Assembly: GCA_033763315.1 (NCBI GenBank)
Contig: JANRKS010000017.1
Span: 32,001 to 96,000, forward strand
Direction of reading: 5' to 3'
Length of the DNA: 64,000 nt
From: Deltaproteobacteria bacterium
Lineage (GTDB): Bacteria > Myxococcota_A > Polyangia > Fen-1088
Part shown: positions 38,683-48,042 of the stretch, in pieces
Position numbering within the stretch: the stretch's first letter is position 1
Layout: each line of letters opens with the position of its first letter
Program-made: the position numbers and the translations under genes
The notes under the pieces: generated by a model
Databases searched by the model: none
Told to the model about the DNA's origin: nothing
Seen by the model: only the letters and a program-made list of their open reading frames with translations

Positions 38683-39828
38683 ATGACTCTGCTTACCGAA
38701 ATCACGCCGTCTGACGTTGAAACCGACTTTACCGGCCGCCCGTGGGCCAGCCGGCAAATGGCACGGGCTCGGGCGGCTTGGCCACACGGTCCCATGACCG
38801 TGCCGTGCGCTGGTCTGGGCGAGCTGCGGCTATCTGTGTCAGCCCTGGCCCCCGTTGAAAGCCAGACCACGGCGGGTGTTGGCACGTGTGAGTCGTTCGC
38901 TCTGTGGCGCGGTGGCCGCCACGGTCGCCTCGACGTTGATGCACGATTTGCAGTGGCGGTGGCGGGGCATTTGCTGGGAACGCCTTCGAATCTGCCCATG
39001 TCGCGCATGCTGTCGCCCGGTGAGCGCGGGGCGATCGGCGCGTTGGTGGCGGTCGTCTTGGATCATGCAGGTGCCCCTTTGGCCGTGGCGGTCGATCCAC
39101 CAGACGCGGTACCCCTGAGGCTTGATTTGCAAGTGGAGCTCGATCTCATTTACTCACCGCAGGGCCCAACGCCGGGTTCGCCTCACGCCGGCTGGGCGCG
39201 TCTGTTTTTGCCATGGTCCTGGTTCGATACGGGGGCAACGTTGTGGTCGAACCTGTCGCGCGTCCCTTTCCCGGTGGCGGTTGAGCTAGCCCGGACGCAA
39301 ATCGATCGCGCAAGCTTCGCGACTTTGGAACCGGGCGACGCGCTTGTGTTCGACGGCATCGCCATGCCAACTGCGTGGCCGCGCGAGGCGCGCCTCGTCG
39401 TGGGCGCTTTCGCGGCACCGGCTTCGCTAGAGCCATCAGTTTTACGTCTCACGGGGCCGTTCGCTCCGGTCGATGTCACCATTGAACCGCACACCACTTT
39501 GACAACCGCGGTCCCGGCGTGGAAGGCTGGCTCTTCCATGAGCAGCACAGTTGAGATGAGCTCCGTTGGCAGCGCCCCCGCGCAAGATGCGCCTTCTGCC
39601 TCGCTCGCGCAGGCGCTGGCCACCACCCCCGTCGAAGTGGTGGCCGAAATCGGGCGTCTTGTCTTAACCGGCGCTGAACTGGCCGGCCTCGAGCAGGGAG
39701 AAGTTTTCACGTTGGGCACGGCCGCGAAAGGCACGATTACCTTGAGCGTCGCAGGCCGTCCCGTGGCCAAGGGCGCGCTCGTGAACGTTGACGGCACCTT
39801 TGGCGTGCGCGTCACCGAACGCTATTGA
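38683..39828 (+). CDS. SctQ / FliM-FliN (SpoA domain) C-ring-like protein
   Basis: Two SpoA-like segments: VAVELART....LEPGD.L and PVEVVAEIGRL...L..GEV..L...VA.G.LVNVDG.FGVRVT. Confidence 0.75.
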   Translation: MTLLTEITPSDVETDFTGRPWASRQMARARAAWPHGPMTVPCAGLGELRLSVSALAPVESQTTAGVGTCESFALWRGGRHGRLDVDARFAVAVAGHLLGTPSNLPMSRMLSPGERGAIGALVAVVLDHAGAPLAVAVDPPDAVPLRLDLQVELDLIYSPQGPTPGSPHAGWARLFLPWSWFDTGATLWSNLSRVPFPVAVELARTQIDRASFATLEPGDALVFDGIAMPTAWPREARLVVGAFAAPASLEPSVLRLTGPFAPVDVTIEPHTTLTTAVPAWKAGSSMSSTVEMSSVGSAPAQDAPSASLAQALATTPVEVVAEIGRLVLTGAELAGLEQGEVFTLGTAAKGTITLSVAGRPVAKGALVNVDGTFGVRVTERY

Positions 39829-39875
39829 TGGCTGTGTCCCAACTTCGCCAAACGCCATAGCAAAACGAAGCCACG

Positions 39876-41228
39876 TCAGCTGGTGGCGGCCTGCAAATCG
39901 GCCTCTTGCGCTGCCGCCGTTTTTAAATGGTCAAGCAGGCTGGCCGCCTTTTTCCACGAGGGCGCCGTTGCCAGCAATCGTCCAACGAGCGCCGCCCACA
40001 CTGAGGGATCCGCTCTTAGAGCCGCCACGCGCGCGACCGTGGCAGACAGCTCATCGGCGGTGAGCTCTTTGTAGAACAACGCATTTCCCGTTAGCGACAA
40101 GCTGTCCCATTCCACCAAGAAGTCATGCGCGGCGGAATGCACCGGAATCAAGGGGAGGGCCCCATAGCGTAATGGCCGGCCCGCCGACCTGCCGATGAGG
40201 TCTGTGTCGTCAAGCAACCACCACGCGTCTGATGCGGCCATCATAAGACGAATGTCTTCGTCTTGGGCGTCCGCCACCATGGCGATCTTGGTGGGGTGCT
40301 CGATCGCGAATACCGAGGCCCGCTCAACCAACGCCTTTTCGCCGAGCGCGGGCAAAATCACGAAGCAGTCGCGTTTTGTGATCAACGGCAAGGCGTCAAC
40401 CAAGGCTTTGCCGCCTGGGCCTTCCAAGCGCGGCCCTGTCGAGAGCACCGGCCAACGTGCGTCCACGCTCACAGACAACCGCTTCAGCAACGCCTTGCGA
40501 GCGTCGTTTTTGCCCTGCGGTTTCGCGGCGTCAAACGGTGTGGGCAACGCGGGATCGGCGGCTGGGTCGAACGGGGGCTCATCGCAGCCGAATTGCAAGG
40601 CGATGATGGGTTCGTCCGAGGGCCGCGTTGCCAGTTCGGGCGCAGCCTCAAGCTTGCGGGCCGCCGCGCGGCTGGGCGCGAGCACGGCCTGAGCGGCAGA
40701 GACGCCAAACGACGCGAGCGCCGGCGAATCGGCCGCTGACAAACCCACGGTTTTGGCCTCTGCCGGCGAGAAACGGCCCGTGGTTTCGCCCGTGGGCAGA
40801 ACGAATAGCTTTGCGGCGGCGGTGAGGCGTGCCATCGCCACAACGGAAGCTTCACCCCAACCGATCACAACTTCTGGCTTAAGCAGCCCGTCCTGAAACA
40901 GCGAAACCGCGGCGCCACCCAGCTGCAAAGCGCGTTCGCCAGGGCTGGTGCTGTCGCTTTCTAAAACCAGGAGCTGGGGATCCGAGGCAGAAAAGTTGCC
41001 TTCGTACAGCGCCAATTCCACGGGGCCCTCGGCGGTTTCCACGCGCGCTTTGCGTAAGCGCTTGGCCAAACCGGGCAGGGCCGAGGCCTCGACACCCGTG
41101 GCGATGGTTAAAATGGTGACTCGGTGTTTTAACTCGAGCAGCCCACGCGCCAAACCCCACGCGCTTTTCGCGGCTTCGGTTCGGCCCAAGGGGGCAACTT
41201 TTTCGGTAACGAAGAGGTATTCGGACAT
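39876..41228 (-). CDS. Glycogen/starch synthase (GT5)-like protein, degenerate
   Basis: LFVTE.VAP, DPAADPAL...F......GK...RKAL, LRYGALP, SW..AA follow the GlgA layout. Confidence 0.7.
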   Translation of the reverse strand: MSEYLFVTEKVAPLGRTEAAKSAWGLARGLLELKHRVTILTIATGVEASALPGLAKRLRKARVETAEGPVELALYEGNFSASDPQLLVLESDSTSPGERALQLGGAAVSLFQDGLLKPEVVIGWGEASVVAMARLTAAAKLFVLPTGETTGRFSPAEAKTVGLSAADSPALASFGVSAAQAVLAPSRAAARKLEAAPELATRPSDEPIIALQFGCDEPPFDPAADPALPTPFDAAKPQGKNDARKALLKRLSVSVDARWPVLSTGPRLEGPGGKALVDALPLITKRDCFVILPALGEKALVERASVFAIEHPTKIAMVADAQDEDIRLMMAASDAWWLLDDTDLIGRSAGRPLRYGALPLIPVHSAAHDFLVEWDSLSLTGNALFYKELTADELSATVARVAALRADPSVWAALVGRLLATAPSWKKAASLLDHLKTAAAQEADLQAATS

Positions 41229-41278
41229 GCGTGGTTTTTAAGGGAACTCTGCACGCATCATTCCCAGACCCGGCGCAC

Positions 41279-41325
41279 AAAAGCAACGGGCGGTTCGACT
41301 TTTGGTCAGAACCGCCCCGAGCTTT
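41279..41325 (-). terminator. Intrinsic terminator downstream of cdbA
   Basis: GGGCGGTTC-GAC...GTC-A-GAACCGCCC hairpin; minus strand continues GTTGCTTTT. Confidence 0.7.
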
Positions 41326-41357
41326 CTTTCGGTGTGTTTACGATCGAACCACCAACG

Positions 41358-41561
41358 TCACTCGTTGGCGCCGCGTTCGTCGTCTTCCCCTGGGAACTCG
41401 TTAACCGATGGATACTTCATGATTTCCTTGCGGGAAATCTTCCATGCTTTCTGAACGATCCAGGACAGCGACCTATCTTGGCGCGCTGCTTCTTCCTGTA
41501 TCTCCTTCAGCATTTCTTCAGGGAAGTAGAGACTTTGTTTCCTCTTATCGGACCCGGCCAT
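41358..41561 (-). CDS. cdbA: CdbA-family ribbon-helix-helix c-di-GMP-binding nucleoid protein (MXAN_4361-like)
   Basis: MAGSDKRKQSLYFPEEMLKEIQEEA.RQDRSLSW.VQ.AWKI closely matches M. xanthus CdbA as recalled; 67 aa; K8, S10, R27, R30 present. Confidence 0.88.
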   Translation of the reverse strand: MAGSDKRKQSLYFPEEMLKEIQEEAARQDRSLSWIVQKAWKISRKEIMKYPSVNEFPGEDDERGANE

Positions 41562-41881
41562 TGAGCTCCCCTCAGTAAGGAATCAGCACTGTGTAATACG
41601 GTCGCGCACATTTAGTCACCGATTTAATTTTCTGTCAAGCAAGTGTCGTTTTCTGTTCGGGTTTTCTGTCTTGGTTTTGTCTTGGTTCTGTTGAGGCTTT
41701 GGGGGCAGGCGATGAAGAAAATGGTTCCACACAGGGCCACTCGCGATAAAATTGGCGCCCCAAGGAACCAAATCGAGGCCAAGGGAGTTCTGGCTTGAGG
41801 CGGGTTTGATTTGTGCTGCAACCACATAGGGCCCATGCCGGGCACGTCCCGGAATGTGACCTTGCCAGGGGGAATCTCACG

Positions 41882-42259
41882 ATGGAAGGCACCCAGCTGA
41901 AGAAGAAGGATCTCAAGAAATGGCGAGACATTCTTGAGAGCCGACGCAAAGAGATCTTGAAGACGGCGCAACGGACGCTGAACGAAGACATGACGCTCGA
42001 CTCCGACGATTTGGCCGACGAAATGGATTTGGCCTCGTCCGAATACCTGCACGCGTTCAACTTTCGCTTACGCGGGCGCGAGAAGCATTACCTGACGAAG
42101 ATCGACGAAGCCATCGAACGCATCGACAACGGGACGTTTGGAATTTGTGAGGAGTGCGATGAACCGATCTCGCCAAAGCGCCTGGAGGCCCGGTTGGAAA
42201 CCACCCTCTGCATTCGCTGCAAGGAGGACCAGGAACGTTTGGAAAAGGCGTACGGATAA
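41882..42259 (+). CDS. dksA: DksA/TraR family C4 zinc finger protein
   Basis: DEMDLA coiled-coil tip (DxxDxA), FGICEEC...RLEA.....LCIRC. Confidence 0.9.
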   Translation: MEGTQLKKKDLKKWRDILESRRKEILKTAQRTLNEDMTLDSDDLADEMDLASSEYLHAFNFRLRGREKHYLTKIDEAIERIDNGTFGICEECDEPISPKRLEARLETTLCIRCKEDQERLEKAYG

Positions 42260-42283
42260 GTTCGCCGCCTAAATTCAGGTCTA

Positions 42284-42311
42284 GAACGCCGCGCTCTCTG
42301 TGCGGCGTTTT
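42284..42311 (+). terminator. Intrinsic terminator after dksA
   Basis: AACGCCGC...GCGGCGTTTT. Confidence 0.7.
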
Positions 42312-42344
42312 GCGTTCTGGCCCGCCGCGCGGGATTCTTAAGGG

Positions 42345-43187
42345 GTGAGGTTGTTGATCGCCGCTTTCGCCGTGTGCTGCACCGCTGGATGTACCGGCGT
42401 TTTTGCGCGCTTGCCAGGCGAGCCCTTGTCGTATGGCGATCACGGCACGGGCCTGCTGTTCAGCCGAGGCAGCCTGCCACCAGACGGCGACGGATACGCC
42501 GTGCCCAGCGCTTGGCGCGTTCGCAACGCGCTTTACACCACACCGCAGATACAGGAGGCGCTCGTCCGTTCGTTTGCTTTGGTGAATCGCCTTTACCCCG
42601 GCAGTGTTGCGCCGTTGGGCGACATTGCCCGCAAGGGTGGGGGCGCGGCGGCGGGACATGGCTCGCATCGCAGCGGGCGTGACGTGGATGTTTTCTTTTA
42701 CGCCCTTGATGGCGAAGGGCGGCCGTTGCCAGCGGGCGAAGCGATGTTGAAGTTCAACAGCCGAGGGCAAGCGGTGGCGTGGTCTCCCCCGTTTGGGCAG
42801 AAGCCCCCTAAGCGACCCATCCCCAAGGCTACGTTCGATGTGAAGCGCTCGTGGGCCCTCGTTCGGGCGTGGTTGACTGACCCTGCCGTGCAGGTGCAGT
42901 GGGTTTTCATTCAAAAAGACCTGGCTGCCATGGTGGTGGCCCAGGCCGTCCGCGAGGGCGAGCCGCCCGACCTCGTCGCAAAGGCCCTGGAACTGTTGCG
43001 ACAACCCGGCGATTCAGCGCCGCACGACGATCACATGCACGTGCGTTTTTATTGTGACCCCGGGCAACGCGCGGCTGGGTGCGTGGACCGAGGGCCGCAA
43101 CGTTGGCTAAAGAAGTACTGGAAGTATCTGCCCGCGCACCCTGCGCCCATGGACGAGCCAACCCTGCTTACCATCGACGTCCGCTGA
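42345..43187 (+). CDS. Penicillin-insensitive murein endopeptidase (MepA/M74 family), lipoprotein
   Basis: TAGC lipobox, GDI...GG....H.SHRSGRDVD, HDDHMHVRFYC. Confidence 0.88.
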   Translation: MRLLIAAFAVCCTAGCTGVFARLPGEPLSYGDHGTGLLFSRGSLPPDGDGYAVPSAWRVRNALYTTPQIQEALVRSFALVNRLYPGSVAPLGDIARKGGGAAAGHGSHRSGRDVDVFFYALDGEGRPLPAGEAMLKFNSRGQAVAWSPPFGQKPPKRPIPKATFDVKRSWALVRAWLTDPAVQVQWVFIQKDLAAMVVAQAVREGEPPDLVAKALELLRQPGDSAPHDDHMHVRFYCDPGQRAAGCVDRGPQRWLKKYWKYLPAHPAPMDEPTLLTIDVR

Positions 43188-43435
43188 TTCACGCCCGTCT
43201 GTGCGCCACGATGTGGTGTCCGCGGGTTTTGCGCTCTGACGTGAAGGCTGGGGCCGGTCCGACGGTGCGAGCGCTGTTGCCGGATTGTTGCAGAAGCGCG
43301 TTCTGAAGGCCCACGTCGGCGCTTTGTCCACAGGCGCCTTTGTCGCGGTTTTTGTGCGTTTTTGCGCTTCTTCAGCGTGTGTGCGCACACCGCTTCACCT
43401 GAACAAATTGCCTCGTATTTTCTCCGCGCTTTTCG

Positions 43436-43471
43436 ATTGAGTGAAATCTATTCAGTAGAGTACATTGAGTG
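43436..43471 (+). repeat. Three direct repeats at 14-bp period
   Basis: ATTGAGTG (43436), ATTCAGTA (43450), ATTGAGTG (43464). Confidence 0.65.
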
Positions 43472-43478
43472 CCGTCCA

Positions 43479-44078
43479 ATGAAGAGAACTCAGGCACTCG
43501 AGCTGCAAGAAACGCTGCCGAAGCCCGCCGTCGCGCGGGTGTCGGCCGTTTTGGAAGAGCCCGAGTTGCAGGAGATCGAACGCATGTGGCCGGGCGGATT
43601 GACGTCGCGCCAAATCGTCGATGTGTTTGAGTCGCGTGGCGTTCGGTTCTCCGAGGCCACACTTCGCAAGTACGTTCAACTGGGCCTCTTGCCTCGTTCC
43701 GTGCGCGTGGGGCGTAAAGGCAAACACATGGGTTCGATGGGGATTTATCCGTCGAACGTCGTTCGCCGCGTGAACGTGGTGAAAAAGATGATGGCGGACA
43801 ACCACACCATCGAAGACATCCAGCGAGCGTTCGTTCGCTTTAAGGACGACATCGATGCGGTGGAAGTGAGCTTGCGCGAACTTATTTCGGGCTTCGAGCG
43901 TGAAGCCCGCGACGCGAACTTGCCGACCGCACGTCGGCAATCGCTGGAGAAAGAAATTTCAGAGGCCCGGAAAGCGGCGTCCGACTTGGTACGCCGGATC
44001 GCGGACCTCGAGCACAGGTTGTCAATGCCAGACGAGGACTCTGGCACTGCCGTCGGGGGCGGGGCGGATTTGTTCTAG
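43479..44078 (+). CDS. MerR-like HTH protein with coiled-coil C-terminus
   Basis: SEATLRKYVQLGLLP..VRVGRKG....GIY wing, followed by heptad helices. Confidence 0.75.
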   Translation: MKRTQALELQETLPKPAVARVSAVLEEPELQEIERMWPGGLTSRQIVDVFESRGVRFSEATLRKYVQLGLLPRSVRVGRKGKHMGSMGIYPSNVVRRVNVVKKMMADNHTIEDIQRAFVRFKDDIDAVEVSLRELISGFEREARDANLPTARRQSLEKEISEARKAASDLVRRIADLEHRLSMPDEDSGTAVGGGADLF

Positions 44079-44117
44079 GTGGTGCCTGACTGCCACCAGA
44101 AAAAGGCGAAAAGCGAC

Positions 44118-44660
44118 ATGGATATGGACGAGGTCACAGCAAACGCAAAATCACAGGACTCCAAGGTTAGGCTTAAGGTTTACACCGAGCCCGACGATGC
44201 CACACCGCAACCGGAGGTGGCTCGCTTGCGAAGGAAAGTACGTCCAGATGATGATGGCAGGGTTCGTTCACGGACCATTGCGCGTCGTTACCTGACGAAA
44301 GAAGAAAAGGTTCTCTCAGAAACGCTGCCCTACCCAGAAGAGGTGGAGCGGCCCCACACGCGCGAACAATGCTTGACCATGCCCCGGCCTTGCCCGTTCG
44401 TAAGCTGTGGTCATCACTTATACCTGGACGTGAATCCGGAAAGTGGCGCCATCAAGCTGAACTTCCCTCATCTAGAGGTGTGGGAAATGCCTGAGACGTG
44501 CGCCCTTGACGTGGCGGATCGTGGCGGCACCACTTTGGAAGAGGTGGGCGCCATCATGAATCTGACCCGCGAGCGCATTCGTCAGGTCGAGGTGCGTGGG
44601 CTCCAGAAGCTGCGCACCAACAAGGACGTGGAGCTCGACCTGCCGCCTGAGCGCCCGTAG
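44118..44660 (+). CDS. Cys-rich protein with C-terminal sigma70 region 4 HTH
   Basis: C....[15 protein letters not shown]...ETCALD, then [23 protein letters not shown]. Start uncertain (44079-44124). Confidence 0.8.
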   Translation: MDMDEVTANAKSQDSKVRLKVYTEPDDATPQPEVARLRRKVRPDDDGRVRSRTIARRYLTKEEKVLSETLPYPEEVERPHTREQCLTMPRPCPFVSCGHHLYLDVNPESGAIKLNFPHLEVWEMPETCALDVADRGGTTLEEVGAIMNLTRERIRQVEVRGLQKLRTNKDVELDLPPERP

Positions 44661-44805
44661 TCTGTTCGCTTGACGCCTTTTTGTAACGCCGTTCGCGTGT
44701 GCCCACTAGATGACCTCGGGCCGCGGACGGCGTTCTTATTTCCCGCGGGCGGGCCGGCGCACGTTTGGGAAGAACCATCCCGGCGCTTGGAGCATCATAA
44801 GCACA

Positions 44806-46236
44806 ATGGCTGCCATCGCGACTTCTCCCCTCGATCAGATCGATGCCAAACTCGCGGAACGTTTGTTGGCTGCAGCCCTCGAAGGCGGCGCTGATTACGC
44901 GGACCTTTATTTTGAATACGCGGCGGGAGCCCATTTCGGCTTCGAAGACGGCCAGGTCAAAAGCGTTGGCAAGGGCGTGACGTTGGGGTTGGGCGTTCGC
45001 GTACTGAAAGGCGACTCCACAGGTTACGCTTACACCGAAGAGCTGGCTGAAGATCGCATGCTGGAAGCCGCTCGCACCGCGGGGCGGATCGCGGCGGCGG
45101 GCGGCGGTGCTGGGCCCGTGGCTTTGACGCGCGTGTCGGGGCTCGATCTGTACAAGATCAACGAGGCACCTTGGGATCGACCGGGCGCCGAGAAGGTCGA
45201 GATGTTGCGGCAGGCCGATCGCGCGGCTCGTGCTTATGACCCGAGGATTGTGCGCGTGGAGGTTGGATGGGGCGAGAGCCTTAAGGACGTTCTTGTGGTC
45301 ACCTCAGATGGAAAGATCGCGCGCGATTTTCAACCGATGATCCGCTTCACAGTGGGTGCGGTGGCTGAAGAAGGGGGACAACGGCAAACGGGGCGTTCGG
45401 CGGGAGCCGCGCGCCGCGGGATGGAGCTGTTTCGCATTGAGGGCCAAAGTCCGAGCGAACACGGCACCGAAGCGGCGCGCTTGGCCATCGCGATGCTCAA
45501 GGCCGAGGACGCGCCGGCGGGGCCGATGGAAGTGGTGCTGGGCCCGGGCGAATCAGGAATTTTGTTGCACGAGGCGGTGGGTCATGGCCTGGAGGCAGAC
45601 TTCAACCGCAAGAAGACATCGAACTATACCGACATGATCGGCCAGTCCGTGGCTTCTCCTTTGGTGACCGTGGTGGACGACGGCACCTTGATGAACGCGC
45701 GTGGTTCAATCAACGTGGATGACGAAGGCAACCCCGGTAGGCGCAATGTGCTCATCGAAAACGGCAAGCTGGTGGCGTACATGCAGGATCGCATTTCGTC
45801 GAAGCACTTCGGCACCCAAGCCTCGGGCAACGGCCGGCGCGAAAGCTTCCGACATGAACCGCTGCCCCGCATGACGAACACATTGATGATGGCGGGCCAA
45901 GATGAACCGGGTGACATCATCCGTTCGGTTAAGAAGGGCATCTACGCGAAACACTTTTCGGGTGGCCAAGTGAACATTTCAAACGGCGACTTCGTGTTTT
46001 CGTTGACGGAGAGTTATCTCATTGAAGATGGCAAACTCACGGCGCCGCTCAAAGGCGTGAACTTGATTGGCAACGGGCCGGACGTGCTGCGCAAGGTGGT
46101 GATGGTGGGCAACGATTTCCAGTTGTCGCCCGGCACTTGGACGTGCGGCAAAGATGGGCAGAGCGTGCCTGTGGGCATTGGCAATCCCACGATGAAGATT
46201 TCGGAGATCACTGTGGGAGGCACAAAAGCGCAATGA
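44806..46236 (+). CDS. tldD: Metalloprotease TldD
   Basis: GILLHEAVGHGLE.DFNRK, DDEG, GNGRRES....P.PRMTNT, CGKDGQSVPV. Confidence 0.96.
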   Translation: MAAIATSPLDQIDAKLAERLLAAALEGGADYADLYFEYAAGAHFGFEDGQVKSVGKGVTLGLGVRVLKGDSTGYAYTEELAEDRMLEAARTAGRIAAAGGGAGPVALTRVSGLDLYKINEAPWDRPGAEKVEMLRQADRAARAYDPRIVRVEVGWGESLKDVLVVTSDGKIARDFQPMIRFTVGAVAEEGGQRQTGRSAGAARRGMELFRIEGQSPSEHGTEAARLAIAMLKAEDAPAGPMEVVLGPGESGILLHEAVGHGLEADFNRKKTSNYTDMIGQSVASPLVTVVDDGTLMNARGSINVDDEGNPGRRNVLIENGKLVAYMQDRISSKHFGTQASGNGRRESFRHEPLPRMTNTLMMAGQDEPGDIIRSVKKGIYAKHFSGGQVNISNGDFVFSLTESYLIEDGKLTAPLKGVNLIGNGPDVLRKVVMVGNDFQLSPGTWTCGKDGQSVPVGIGNPTMKISEITVGGTKAQ

Positions 46237-47606
46237 GCACGAACAAACGATTGCCCGAAGCGGCGGCCTGTCAGCGGGCCGCTGAGCAGATGCTCTCCTA
46301 TGCGCTTGAGGCCGGCGCCGATGGCGTTGAAGTGATGGTGCGCGATGGTGCCGAGCTTGAAGTGCGGTTGCGCTTGGGCGAGCCAGAGCTCATCAAAGAG
46401 GCAGGTAGCCGTGCTTTGGGTTTGCGGGTCATCAAAGATCAGCGGCCTGCCGTGACGTATACGTCGGACTTCACCGAAGAAGGCCTGCGCCGCTTGGCGC
46501 GCGAGAGCGTTGAGCTGGCTTCGCTGGCCGAGCCCGATCCGTTCGCGCTGTTGCCCGCTCGAGAAGTGATGGCGCGCACCGTGCCCGACTTGGATCTGTG
46601 GGACGACGAAGTTCCGAATCTAACTGTGGAACTGGCGCTGGAATGGACCAAGCGCGGTGAAGCCGCCGCACAAGCCCGCGACAAACGCATCACCAATTCA
46701 GATGGAGCGTCGTTCTCACGCGTGGTGGGCGCCACCGCGTTTGCGACGTCCGCAGGTTTTTCGGGCGGCTACCGCGGCACGTATGTTTCGTTGGTGGTGC
46801 AGCCCTTGGCTGACGACGAAGGCGGCAAAAAGCGCAACGGCAGCTGGTGGACAGGGGGGCGGTTCGTTTCGGCCTTGGAGACGCCTGAATCGGTGGGCCA
46901 GACGGCCGCCGATCGCACGCTTGCTCAATTGGGTTCGCAAAAAGTGGCCACCTGCGAGGTGCCGGTGATCTTCGCTCCTGAAGCGGGCCGGTCATTGATG
47001 GGGAAATTGGCGGGCGTGACATCTGGCGGGGCAGTGTGGCGTAAGAGCACGTACTTGGCAGACCGAGAGGGAACCGAGGTGGCTTCGCCTTTGATTCACA
47101 TCGTTGACGATCCCTTGATCCCGCGGGCTCCCGGCTCACGGCCCTTTGATGGTGAGGGTCTGGCGAGCCGTCCGAATGTGATCGTTGACGGGGGAATTCT
47201 GCGCACCTTCTTGTGCGATACCTACGCCGCTCGCAAACTCAACCGTGTGTCGACGGGGTCAGCGGGGCGAGGCATTGGTGGCAGCGCGCACGTGACGACA
47301 TCCAACTTGATCTTACGCGCGGGCAGCACGCCGAAGGCGAAGCTTGAGCAGTTGCCTGAAGCGTTTTATGTCACGCATTTGATGGGCTTTGGATTCAATG
47401 CGGTGACGGGAGATTTTTCTCAGGGCGCTTCGGGGTTTTGGATCAAGAACGGCGAACGCGCCTTTCCCGTCAGCGAAGTCACGATCTCTTCAAGCTTTGA
47501 CAACCTTTGGAAAAACGTTGATGCCTTGGGCGACGATCTAGACGCACGTTCCTCCGTGCAGGTCCCGACCATTCGCGTGTCGCATATGATGATCGCTGGC
47601 CGCTGA
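46233..47606 (+). CDS. pmbA: PmbA/TldE family protein
   Basis: PFDGEG, N.VTGDFS.GA.GFWI.NG...PV.E.TI. ATGA overlap with tldD. Confidence 0.93.
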   Translation: MSTNKRLPEAAACQRAAEQMLSYALEAGADGVEVMVRDGAELEVRLRLGEPELIKEAGSRALGLRVIKDQRPAVTYTSDFTEEGLRRLARESVELASLAEPDPFALLPAREVMARTVPDLDLWDDEVPNLTVELALEWTKRGEAAAQARDKRITNSDGASFSRVVGATAFATSAGFSGGYRGTYVSLVVQPLADDEGGKKRNGSWWTGGRFVSALETPESVGQTAADRTLAQLGSQKVATCEVPVIFAPEAGRSLMGKLAGVTSGGAVWRKSTYLADREGTEVASPLIHIVDDPLIPRAPGSRPFDGEGLASRPNVIVDGGILRTFLCDTYAARKLNRVSTGSAGRGIGGSAHVTTSNLILRAGSTPKAKLEQLPEAFYVTHLMGFGFNAVTGDFSQGASGFWIKNGERAFPVSEVTISSSFDNLWKNVDALGDDLDARSSVQVPTIRVSHMMIAGR

Positions 47607-47622
47607 GGTGTGAGGCGCAGCG

Positions 47623-47979
47623 ATGTTCGAGGTCAGCATCGTCGGCGGCCTGATTGTGTTTGGCGCGATCGTTGCGTTGCTGTCAGGCGAGGGCTTGATC
47701 TTCGGTGGCGCTCTGTTGACGGCGTTGGGCTTTGTGGTGGGAGTCCCGGCCGCGTTTGTGTATCACGCGAAGCTTTACGCGGCGCTCAAGCGCGCGGGTG
47801 TGGTGCCTGCAAGGTGGTGGATTTCGCCCATGAAGCACCACGAGACGGCCGGTGAGCGTGCCGAAGAGGGCTTCGCCTGGGCGTTTCGCTTGGGAGCGGC
47901 CGGTTTCGTTGTGATTGTCTTGGGCTGCCTTTTGGCCGCAATCGGCCTGTGGAAGCTGCGGGTGCAGGGCGACGCGTAA
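47623..47979 (+). CDS. Hypothetical membrane protein
   Basis: Three hydrophobic segments; fills the gap after pmbA. Confidence 0.6.
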   Translation: MFEVSIVGGLIVFGAIVALLSGEGLIFGGALLTALGFVVGVPAAFVYHAKLYAALKRAGVVPARWWISPMKHHETAGERAEEGFAWAFRLGAAGFVVIVLGCLLAAIGLWKLRVQGDA

Positions 47980-48007
47980 ATGGTCCCCCCCCTTGCGAAA
48001 TTTCAGC

Positions 48008-48036
48008 TTGCGCTTTCGTTAACCTAGGTTAAATAT
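48008..48036 (+). promoter_or_regulatory. Promoter with perfect 14-bp palindrome (putative MarR operator)
   Basis: TTAACCTAGGTTAA (48019-48032) lies between TTGCGC (48008) and (T)AAATAT. Confidence 0.75.
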
Positions 48037-48042
48037 TGAGCT

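Noticed and set aside
41640-41700. Possible CRISPR or simple-sequence repeat
   Set aside because: Units are about 10 bp and degenerate, with no spacers or cas genes; treated as candidate binding sites instead.
43324-43332. TTGTCCACA DnaA-box-like 9-mer in an intergenic region
   Set aside because: Single copy here (another lies inside mfd at about 31432); no box cluster, unwinding element or dnaA context, so not oriC.
44806-47979. TldD/PmbA as a sign of a RiPP cluster
   Set aside because: No precursor peptide, YcaO or other maturase nearby; this looks like the housekeeping pair.
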